64,000 bases of DNA from Octopus sinensis (Eukaryota), in the NCBI RefSeq assembly GCF_006345805.1, contig NC_043002.1, positions 115,382,001 to 115,446,000 on the forward strand, written 5' to 3'. This document shows, piece after piece, positions 35,517 through 46,839 of the stretch. A program made the position numbers and the translations under genes. Every line of letters begins with the position of its first letter. Positions within the stretch are counted from its first letter, which is position 1. The notes under the pieces were generated by a model. It saw only the letters and a list, made by a program, of their open reading frames with translations, did not search any database and had not been told where the DNA came from.

Positions 35517-37187
35517 CATACACCTTTACATAGTGCGCGCGCACGCACACACACACAAAGAACACAATTGAGGTTTAAGATTTATGACACCTGTTTCGGT
35601 AGAATTTTATTGATGTAGCCATAGATTATATCATAGAATATAGTCCAATCTCTTCAAGAAAATTTTTAAACTGGTATAAACAGGTGAGATAATAATGATA
35701 ATAATGATGATGGTGATGATGATGATGATGATGACGATGACGATGACGACGACGACGACGATGACGACGATGATGATGATTCCAACCTACATTTTGGGAT
35801 CCAAAATATAATTTAAAATAAAATTGTAAATTGAAATATAATTATAGCTTCTATTAACTATATCATTATTCATATCTGTGTGCACGTGTTTGAGAGTCTG
35901 TAATTGTCTGTGTGTGCGTGCATGTGTAAGTAAGTACGTATTCTATTGAGTCTATGCGTGTGTAACATTCTCTTTGCTAATTTCTGAAACTCGTATGTTC
36001 TGTATTCTTTATTTTATTTTTTTTTACTAATTTCATCATTATTTACTTATTGAATATTGCACATATAAGTGTGGGTTTGTTTGCATTTCTGTGCGTTTGC
36101 ATATTTCTGTACGTATTTCCATATTTACTAAGGGTTGGATCAGGGTGAGGCATTTCTTGGCCTATTCCCAATTAGGACCTAACAGATTTTAAGAGTTGCT
36201 TAATTTTCCACATCACCACGCAATAAGTTTTGTCTGGAAATCATGACTTAAGAGGCAGGAGTATCTCACAAATATTCGTTTTTATCGCTGTAGGTAATTT
36301 GCAAATATAATAAATGAAAAATCACCAAGAAAAAAATTAAATTACTCAGCACTTTATTTGATATTTTTAACTACACTCTTACCTTTCCTCAGACCCCATA
36401 TTTATTTTGTTTTTTATTATTATTAGACATTTGTAGCGACGAGGCAAAATACAAAAGTTATAACTTAACGCTTATAAATGAAATTCGTTTATACTTCATA
36501 TTCCTTGATTCTACTCTTGCATAAGCAAATAATGAAGTGAGATAAGGATTATTAGATCCGAAATGTCCTACTTCCAATAAATATCTATCTTTTCTTTTAT
36601 TCTTTCTCGCTTTAAAAATTTCTTACAGTGGGTATTCACACGCACGGACATTAAAATCATCTCGGACATTACTTTCCCTCAGGTTATTTTCTATTAACAA
36701 TAATTGAAGCTAATATATTCCTTTGCTAAGCACAACCAGTCACAAGAGAGAGCAAATCTGACCTCTCTTGCTCTCTTCAACTAAAAGAGAGGCGTGTTAA
36801 CCTTTAGAATTAGAATGAGTGATTCATTTCCTAACGATTTTACTGTCCTCAAGCTCGTTATAGAACATAAATAATATCAAACTGAATTTCAATGGTCTGT
36901 ACATAGCGCTTTGCTTAATTTCCTGATTGGGAACTCATGTGTGTATCTTTTATTAAGCAGCCCACAAGCATGTATTCTACAGTTCAAGAGGTATGACTAC
37001 TGTATATAAAACATTTTCTTCTAGACTGTTTGATCTGAACACAGACTTTATTTCCTTGTTGATATATTGAAATCGGTTTTAGGTTTTTCTTCTTTTCCTT
37101 CTTTTTTTATCTTTTTTGTTTCTTCGCCTTCGTTACTACCTTTATTCATCTGTCTGTCTGGTCCTATTACTTCTCTTTCTCTCTCTA

Positions 37188-37275
<88 letters not shown>
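37188..37275. repeat. (TC)n microsatellite
   Basis: Direct inspection. Confidence 0.95.
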
Positions 37276-37277
<2 letters not shown>

Positions 37278-37775
37278 CTGTGTTTTTGCAATCCGTACCT
37301 TTGTACGTAGATTTAACTGCTTTCTCTCTAGCTCTCCATTTTTCTCTCTATCTCGCTCGCACGCACAACCACACAAAAAAAATTTACTCTATAAATATCT
37401 AGTGTAGTGTGTATTTTAAAATTCATTCCTATAAATCCTCTTAAACTATTTTAACAATACCTAAATTCCTAAAATTGCAAATATTTCACCCAATACATTC
37501 TGTGTGAAATCACTTGATTTGTTAACTGTTTTTATTGCAATATATTCGGTAGTATGAGATATTGAATACAAGATTCCTATTTTAATATATATCAGCCAGC
37601 AAGAAATATAAGAGAAGCGAAGATAACTAAAACCAGCAAACCAGTTTAAGTGGATGAAAAAAAGAAATTGCTGCCTCTTAAATTAATTTGCGTCAACTAA
37701 TTTACTGCCGCAGACATCTTTTCGTTCTTGGCTTTTTCTGGACCTTCCACCTCCACCTCTCTTTCTCTCTCTTTC

Positions 37776-37809
<34 letters not shown>

Positions 37810-38039
37810 CTCTCTCTCTCTCTCTTTCCCTCCCTCTCTTTATAAACATGTGTGTGCGTGTAAAAATAGATATGTATATATATGTTGTGTGTGTGTTTGT
37901 AGGCATAAACACACAAAATATGCACACACACATACACACATATTTACACACGCACACACAAACACACACACACACGCACACATGCACACACATACACACA
38001 CACCACACACACACACACGTATATATATATATATTATTC

Positions 38040-38407
38040 TTCTACTCTTTTACTTGTTTCAGTCATTTGACTGCGGCCATGTTCGAGCACCGCCTTGAAG
38101 GGTTTTTAGTCGAACAAATCGACCCCAGGATTCCTTTTTATCGGTCCCTTTTGCCGAACCGCTAATTGCGGTTGTCAAGCGGTGATGGGGGGACAAACAC
38201 AGATACAAAGACACACATACACACAAATATATACATATATATATATACGATGGACTTCTTTTCGTTTCCATCTACCAAATCCTATGACAACGCTTTGGTC
38301 GGCCCGGGGCTATAGTAGAAGAACTTACCCAAGGTGCTACGCAGTGGGACTGAACCCGGAACCATATGGTTGTGAAGCAAACTTCTTACCACAGAGCTAC
38401 ACCTGCA

Positions 38408-38410
<3 letters not shown>
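38040..38410 (-). mobile_element. SINE family B
   Basis: Body and head match other copies; followed by ~500 bp of (TA)/(TATG)n. Confidence 0.88.
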
Positions 38411-38456
<46 letters not shown>

Positions 38457-38630
38457 GTATATATATATATATGTATGTATATATATATATATTTACGTAT
38501 GTATGTATGTATGTATGTATGTATATATATATATATATATTTATGTATGTATGTATGTATGTATGTATGTATATATATATATGTATATATATGTGTATAT
38601 ATATATGTGTATATATATATATATACACAC

Positions 38631-38698
<68 letters not shown>

Positions 38699-38703
38699 GT
38701 GTG

Positions 38704-38743
<40 letters not shown>

Positions 38744-38748
38744 GTATG

Positions 38749-38783
<35 letters not shown>

Positions 38784-38788
38784 GTGTG

Positions 38789-38847
<59 letters not shown>

Positions 38848-39694
38848 GTATGTATGTGTATGTATATATATATTATATATATATATATATATTATATATA
38901 TATATATATATAATTCAAATCGACCAAGGTAACGATTAACGGGAAAAGAACGGAAAACAAGGGAGTATAGAAATCCTCTAACATTTATTCGGACCATACC
39001 ACCATGGAAATTTTATACGTAAAAATAGGGTAGTGGTATGTTTAAAAGTAGAAATAAAAATTTCTCATTTAGTACCTAAGCGTCTCTATAGATACAAAGT
39101 ATTTATAATGAAATCTCTTTCCAGAACAGGATTTTTTAATTTTCATCCACTAAAAAGCTTCAAGTTAGTGAATCTTAGGTGTAAAACATCAGTTAATGTA
39201 TCCTAATATATTAGCAGACCAGGTCGTAAAACGAAACAAGTACGAAGTGTCTTACAACCCACTAAAATACAGAAACCATTCTTAACCGATACTACAAGAA
39301 TCATATGCACTATTGTTATAATTTGGATGGATATATCGTGAAAGTACAATATTATCAATACTGTATTGTGCAAAATACCAGTAAACAAGGCTGGCGGCTG
39401 CGGGAATTTGAACTTTCTAACTTTCTGCTCGTAAATTAGTGCGGATTATAAGAGGTTTTGGATCATCAGTGTCCGGAAAGTTGGTGTTGCACTTGTATTG
39501 AATTTCAATGTAAACATGAAAGTTGTCAACTTCATGACTCGAACTGTTGCATTGAACATACAAGTACTATACTTTCTTATCGGTTCACCATGCATCTACA
39601 ACAAAGACTTACCGCAAATCTCTATAAGTCAGTGCATTAAATACAATTGGATAAAAAAGAAATCATTAGTTATAAAATGTCTTCTACTTTATGC

Positions 39695-39995
39695 GACCAA
39701 AGCCTTGTGAGTGGATTTTGTAGACGGAACCTAAAAGAAGCCGTCGTGTGTGTGTTTGTGTGTGTGTGTGTGTGTGTGTCTGTCTGTCTGTCTGTCTGTT
39801 TTCCCCCACCACCACTTGACAACAGATGTTGGTTTGTTTACGTCCCTGCAACTTAACGGTCTGGCCAAAGAGACCGATATAATAGGTACTAGGCTTTTAA
39901 AAAAATAAGTCTTGGGGTCGATTTCTTCTACCAAAACCCTTCAAAGCGGTACCCCAGCATGGCCGTAGTCAAATTATTGAAACAAATAAAAAGAA
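39695..39995 (+). mobile_element. SINE family B, 5'-truncated
   Basis: CGACCAAAGCCTTGTGAGTGGATTTTGTAGACGGAAC...CAGCATGGCCGTAGTCAAAT. Confidence 0.85.
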
Positions 39996-40554
39996 AAGTA
40001 AAAGTTAACTATGGAAGCTTTACTAGTATCAAAAGATAAACCAAATATCAACTCACAAATATAAAACGCATAAAATAATAATAATAATAATAATCTATCG
40101 GGACTTAAACATTGTATAAACTTTTAATCCAGTGTTGTTGTTTTTATTAGCTATAACAATATACCTATTATCCTATACAAACTACTGCAGAAACCATGAA
40201 TAGCATGCCATTATTACCACCACTTCATCCCGATTGTGAAACCGGAAGGGTCTTAAGACGTTAATGGATTTAATGAAACTATTGTTCAAACTAAATACAG
40301 ATGACTATTAAGAAAATATGAAAAATCGCATCTTCGCTATATATATCTCTACGTATGTGACTGGGTGTATGTGTGTATGTAGGTATGTGTGTATGTAGGT
40401 ATATGAAAGGTTGATTGCGTGAGATAGATGTGTCTGCAGGTCTGTACACATTGGTATACTTTATATGAATTGGATCTATTTTACTTTAACTCTTTATTTT
40501 TAGAAGAGATCCACGTCGCCTTTAATTTTTTTTTTTTTCATTTATCGCACGCTG

Positions 40555-40727
40555 GACGAATGCTTAGCGTCGCTACGTTCTGAGTTCAAACTCCACCGAG
40601 GTCGACTCTGCCTTTCATCTTTTCGTGGTCGATAAAATAGTACCAGTGAAATTCTGGTGTCGATGTAATCGACTAGTCTCCTCCCCCAGAACCTCAGGCC
40701 TTGTGCCTATAGTAGAAAGGGTTATTA
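40555..40727 (+). mobile_element. SINE family A, 5'-decayed
   Basis: GCTACGTTCTGAGTTCAAACTCCACCGAGGTCGAC...CCTATAGTAGAAAGG. Confidence 0.85.
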
Positions 40728-41514
40728 TTAGTTATTGTTTTCTCCTACCCACTCTACATTTATCTTTCAGATATTTTTCGCATATGTTTTCTTATTTCCC
40801 TCCTTCATATCTCCGGCGTTTGTCTTCCTTTTCTCTCATACCATAAACCTTTCTCTTTATTCGCACGAGCGTCGTCTTTTCCTTCTTCCACTTTTCTACC
40901 CCCACTTCTCTTCCTTTTTTTTTCTGTCTTTCTTTCCTCGTCCATGCTCCACTTTATTATTCATATTTATTTTTTACGTTTATATTTGTTTTAATGGTCA
41001 TTCAATTTATCCAAATAGATCCTTTACTTCCAAATCTGTAGGCGGGCTTCAACCAACCAGAGTTCGATATTTGTTTTGATTGGCACTTCCGGTTGCCTTT
41101 AAATGTTTGCTTCGTGTTTCATTCGCTTCAAAATCAGAAATGTGAAATTTACATTGACATTTTGTGAAGTTTACAACGTCCGATAAAATCTGGTATTTTC
41201 ACCCTTCTTTTGATATTAAACCCTTTTGTCACCATCTTCTTCGCAGCCCTTACCGTTTGTTTTAACTGTCCTGTTTTCGTTACCAACTTTTACCCTCCGC
41301 AAATCCCAAATTGTTTTGACGAAGACGCATCATGTCCTAACGCTCGAAATGCGGAGTAGATTAAACAGTTGACAACTGATGAAGGGATTGTTCTTTACGT
41401 TGCCTGTCACGTTTTTCTATTTGTTTACGTTTTTTGACGTCCTGTACCCATATATGCATGCGTATATACATATATATATATGTATGTACATGTATGTATA
41501 TATGCATATATATA

Positions 41515-41648
<134 letters not shown>

Positions 41649-41654
41649 TATTAC

Positions 41655-41995
41655 ATGCTTTTGCTCATTAGATTGCGACTATACTGGAGCACTGGCTTGA
41701 ATATTTCTAATCGAACAAATGAACCCCAGCGTTTATTCTTATGTTTAATCCTGGTACTTATTCTATCAGTCTCTTTTGATGAACCGCTAAGTTTCGGGAA
41801 CATAAACACAGCAACATTGGTTGTCATGTGAATCAAGCGGTTGGTGTTCCTGTAAATTAACAGTTCGGCAAAAGAGACCGATAGAATAAGTATCAGGCTT
41901 GATAGAAAAAAATAAATACATGGGTCGATTTGTTCGATTAGAAATGTTCTAGGTAGTACCCCAGAATAGTCGCAATCTAATGTAAAAAAACATGA
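41655..41995. mobile_element. Two old SINE-B 3' halves in inverted (tails-out) arrangement
   Basis: 41655-41825 (-) and ~41835-41995 (+) both contain GATAGAATAAGTA...GGTCGATTTGTTCGATTAGAAAT. Confidence 0.7.
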
Positions 41996-42043
41996 AAGAT
42001 ATATATGCATACATACACACACTCTCACTCACACGCACACACG

Positions 42044-42114
<71 letters not shown>

Positions 42115-42673
42115 ACACAGAATGGGGAGAAAATTATTTCCTTTAATTTCTCTTATAAGAACGTTCCCATACCATCCAACAAACGTTATTTAAATGCGAA
42201 ATACACAAAATGGAAGACTTTAGACGAAAAATGAGATGGCATGTTTACTTTTCACTATATCACACAGCAATGTAAAACAGAATGCAAATTTGGTTTTAAA
42301 TCCATTAAAATCCCTTCAATAAATAAAGATCTACAGCGGTTCAAAACAGATTTTTAAGATTTAATATGGAGTTGACATAAAAAAAAAACATTTTTTACTC
42401 TCAGAAACAGTTTAGCCTTTTACAGAATTCTAGGAAAACTTTTGTTTGTGATGAAATCAAAAGCTTTCATCAAATTGAACAAAACTGTTTACAACTGACT
42501 TCTTTCCAGACGAAATATGAGATGGCATGTTTACTTTTCACTATAAGAAATCAAGAGATATCCACAATTCCAAGCGTAGCAACCGATTCTAAACTAGACG
42601 ACAGTTGAATGTCTACCAAAGTTCACACCATTTATCAATATTAAGAATGATCACAAACCTACTTTTCATAACA

Positions 42674-43905
42674 TTAGGTCATCCCATAAATAATTCGGGT
42701 TTTTTCAAATGCATGAACTAAAAGTCAGAGAGGGGCGGAATAAACTATCTGCATCAACTTGCTATAAAAGCGAGAAGTAATTTTATTTTGTACTTATTCT
42801 TAGCGCAAGTTCCATCTTAAAAGTTATTTATTCACATCTATAATGGAATTAACAAAGGAGCATATTCGGCATATTTTGCTTTATGAGTTCAATAAAGGCA
42901 ATAACACAATGGAAAGTGTGAGGAATATTAATGCATTATATGGGGATCGGACAATAAGCATAAGCCAGTGTCAACGGTGGTTCCAGAAATTCCGAGCCGG
43001 AAACTACAGCCAAGAAGACGAGCCTCGATCTGGTAGATGTGGAGAGCTCGTCGAGGACGTTGGGCATAGCCTGGTGAAACAAAATCCCATCTTAACTGTT
43101 GAGAAACTAGCAGAGAAGCTTGGATTTGGTCATTTAACCATTCATCGACACCTGCGTGCAATCGGAAAAGTTAGCAAATTGGGTCAATGGGTTCCTCACA
43201 AACTTTCCGTTTCTAATCGTGCGCAGAGAGGGAATGTGTGCTCTTCTTTGTGGTCATGTCTCACGAATGAACCGTTTTAGATGACGAGAAATGGGTTCTC
43301 TATAAAGAATATCAAGCGCCGAAGACAGTGGGTAGGGAAAGGAGAAACACCGGCACCCCAGGCTAAAGAAGGTCTTCACCCACGTAAGGTGTTGTTATCT
43401 GTTTAGTGGGATATGAAAGGCTTAGTCCACTTTAAACTTTTAGACCCAAACCAAACGATAACAAAGGAGTCTACCGCGAACAGCGCTAGAAGAAAACCTA
43501 CCCTCTTTGGTTTCATGAGGAAAAATGTTCTTACATCAGGATAATGCTCAGCCACATACAGCGAGGAAGATATTCCAAAGGCTGGTGCAATTTCATTGGT
43601 AAACGGTGCCCTACCCATCATATTCGCCGGACTTTACTCCACCTGATTATCCTTTATTCCTCAGTCTTTAAATCATTTGGATAGAAAAAATATGAATTCT
43701 GTAGATGAGGCCAAAAAAGTACTAGAGGAGTATTTTTCGTCACGTACTTTTGTAACTTTTGGAAGAGGGGCCTTGCAAGATAGATGGAAGTGCCTTGTAG
43801 AAAATGAAGGAGAGTATATTTTAGATCTAAAATGATCTTTGTTTATCTCGATTTTGAAAAATAAGAGAAGTCTGAAAAAACCGCATTATTTATGGGATGA
43901 CCCAA
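42674..43905 (+). mobile_element. Mariner transposon (DD34D), full length but defective
   Basis: TIRs TT(A/G)GGTCATCCCATAAATAAT; ATG at 42843; GQWVPHKL; QDNAQPH...YSPDFTPPDY gives 34-residue spacing; stops and frameshifts. Confidence 0.93.
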
Positions 43906-44068
43906 TAACTCTAAAAGTTATCTTACTTTAAATCCAGTTAAAACCGAAATCGGAATAGTTAGCGAATCTCATTTTAGGTTCGGAACAAAAAAAGGATATA
44001 GCACTTCTGTTACAGGATAACAGAACGTCGGTTGTCGATTGGTTTAGTAATTTTAGTGACAGACATTA

Positions 44069-44288
44069 GGCGGCGCTCTGGCAGACTCGTTAGCACGCCG
44101 GGCAAAATACTTCACGGCATTTCGTCCGTCTTTACATTCTGAATTCAAATTCCACCCAGGCCTACTTTGCTTTCCATCCTTTCGCGGTCGATAAAATAAG
44201 TACCAGTTGAACACTGCGGTCAGTGTAATCGACTTATCCCCTTCCCCTAAATCTGCTGGCCTTGTGTCATATTTTGAAATCAATATTA
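44069..44288 (+). mobile_element. SINE family A
   Basis: GGCGGCGCTCTGGCAGACTCGTTAGCACGCCGGGC head and body. Confidence 0.88.
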
Positions 44289-44409
44289 GATGTAGATCCA
44301 ATATAATTGATTTCTGCCCCTCAATAATGAAGCCATTTATTTTAAAAGTTCTATCATTTGCTAAAACCTTCACGCCTATGAGCGAATTAATCCCATCTAA
44401 AAGACATTA

Positions 44410-45330
44410 ATGTTACCTTGCATGCATGGAAACAGCTGTTGTTTTGCGATAATTTGACCTGGCTTAAGAAAAATGCTGATGAAAAATGCGCCCATATGGC
44501 TGTATTCGATGGAGATTACCTGTGTAATCATTGTAGTCTAAAGTCTTGCATTTTGCACATGGAATTTTTTAGTTAAGAGAGTACTCTACAGAGACAACGG
44601 AATATGAGCAGCCTCAAATTCAATTGATTCGGAAAATTTTTAATTAGGTTATTCAGAGGCAAGGGCTTCAAAATTACGGTGAAAACTAACCACAGTATAG
44701 TAAATTATCTGGGTGTCACCTTTAGACTCAGAGACTGATAGGTCTAGTAGATTCAGCCTTTACAAGAAGCTGAATGAGAAATTATATTCCAAATGCTCTG
44801 ACCATTCATTTACTCTATCTTGGAATTTAGCTTCCAATATAAGTGAGCGTGTCTCCTCCTTATCGGCTGATGAAATCACATTTAAAACAGCTTCAGCTTA
44901 TTATAAGGAGACGCTCTGAGGAGGCATCGGCTTTTCAAATGAGTTTTACGATATAACTAGATTTTGTGGGTCTAAGAATGGTAATAGAAATAAATTTTAA
45001 CCTTAATTTAAAGGGTAATTTAGCAAGGTTTTACTTAAATTTAGTATGTCGGCGCTCTTCACGGGACATACTCGTAAGCCCTTCAACAGGATGCGTTAAA
45101 GTTAGCTATAAACTAATATAAACTAGTAGAAGGCTCTCTTCACCAAGTAATAGCGTACAAGCCTCTACTTGGAATTATGTGGACTACCTCTGCAACTTTT
45201 TCCTCGATGGAATCCTTTGCTTAGCTAAATGAATAGTATAAGGCGCGAAAGTATAGATTATGATAGCCAAATTAACAGGAACTCATTTTAAAATACGACT
45301 CTACATACATAAGAATTTTTAAATATTCGG
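44410..45330 (+). mobile_element. Decayed Penelope-like element (RT C-terminus to GIY-YIG remnant)
   Basis: YRDNG (YRDDG-like) at ~44587, KITVKTNHSIVNYLGVT, thumb-like SERVSSLSADEITFKTASAYYKETL, and GTHFKIRLYIHKNF near 45280. Confidence 0.6.
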
Positions 45331-46683
45331 ATTAAAGGTTCTCACAAGTTCGATCAAGTACATTTGATTCTTGAATGAATTCAGTTCGAATACCTTCAAG
45401 ATAAACTAATTTGCTCTCAAATATGCAAGCAAGTATGTGTGTGTGTGTGTACTGTGTATGTATGTATGTATGTATGTATGTATGTATGTATGTATGTATG
45501 TATGTATTATAATTCTTACTACTCTTCTGTTAAACATCAGCTGTGTTTGGATGAGAAATTCTTAATTGTTTTTTCAGAATGAATTTGCTTTGAACCAAAA
45601 ATTGGAATTACTAAATTTCTGGTAGTCACACACCAAGACTTTTGCTTTCTACCCATTTACTACCTAATGGATGATATAATCTACAACTTTTCGAACTGTC
45701 CTAGCAAATTGGAATATATTGGATTTTATAGCTGCTAGCATATTGAACTTTGTGACCGTTTATCGCATTTTCTGCTTTCTGATTGCTTTTCATTGACTAT
45801 TTTTTGATGCTCGAAATCCATAAAAAACCTTTTGTATTTGTTCCTGTTCTTGATAAAGAATTTTTTAAATCGTTCTTCGTGTTCTCCTGCAGCTCAGTTG
45901 TTGTACCTTTTTTCAACGTTCGGCTCCCAGTTATATAATATTGACTTTTGTTTGTTTAGTTTTGTGTTGTTGCTTTGTTGTTGTTGTTGTTGCTGATGGT
46001 AATGGTGGTGGTGGTGGTGTTTTTTTCGGGGTTTTTTTCGTGTTTCAGTTCTTTCTTTTCCAACGGAGTGCTATGATACAGTAATTCTCATTTATTCGTG
46101 ATTTCCTTTTTTCAATATTTTATGTCAGATAAGTTTATTTTAGATAAGGTTTTATATCTTTAAACAAACCACTGCCTCTACTCCCTGCAAGTGGCTAATT
46201 CTGCATCCTCTAAGCTCTATGCAATATAATCTCGTTTTCTTTTTTCGTTTATTTTACAAATTGAATACAATCGTGTTTATGTGTGGTTATTCGTGTGCTT
46301 GTGTTGGCGTGTCTCTGTATTCATATGTATTTTTAAGTTATAACATTTTGTGAAAATTTATCTGATGATATTTGTGTATTTATCTAATTATATGATATGG
46401 AAGGTACGAGAGCATGAAGTGCATGCATATGTATGTACTCTGTGTCTGTGGACGTATGTGCATACATATATTTATGAACAATATTCATATATGCTTATGT
46501 GATACGCAAGATTATGTATAAATTACGTCGGTGGTTGTTTGCATGTTTTTACCTGTGCACATGTATGTATCTACGTATGAAAATATAGATATGTATACTC
46601 TTTTATTAGTTTCGCCCCTATCTGCGTGAACATATTATTTATGTATGTGTTAATGTATACACGTAGATGTATGCGTGAGTGTT

Positions 46684-46722
46684 TATCGACAGACAGACAG
46701 ACAGACAGACAGGCAGACAGAC

Positions 46723-46768
<46 letters not shown>

Positions 46769-46839
46769 GTAGGTAGGTAGGTAGATAGATAAATAGACAA
46801 AAAGATAGATAGATAGATAGATAACTAGATAGATAGATA
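46684..46839. repeat. (GACA)n/(GATA)n array flanking the Tx1 3' end
   Basis: Direct inspection. Confidence 0.95.

Noticed and set aside
41300-41400. TTGACGA...CGAAA and CTGATGA motifs
   Set aside because: No consistent stem I/III pairing; at most a decayed PLE terminus.
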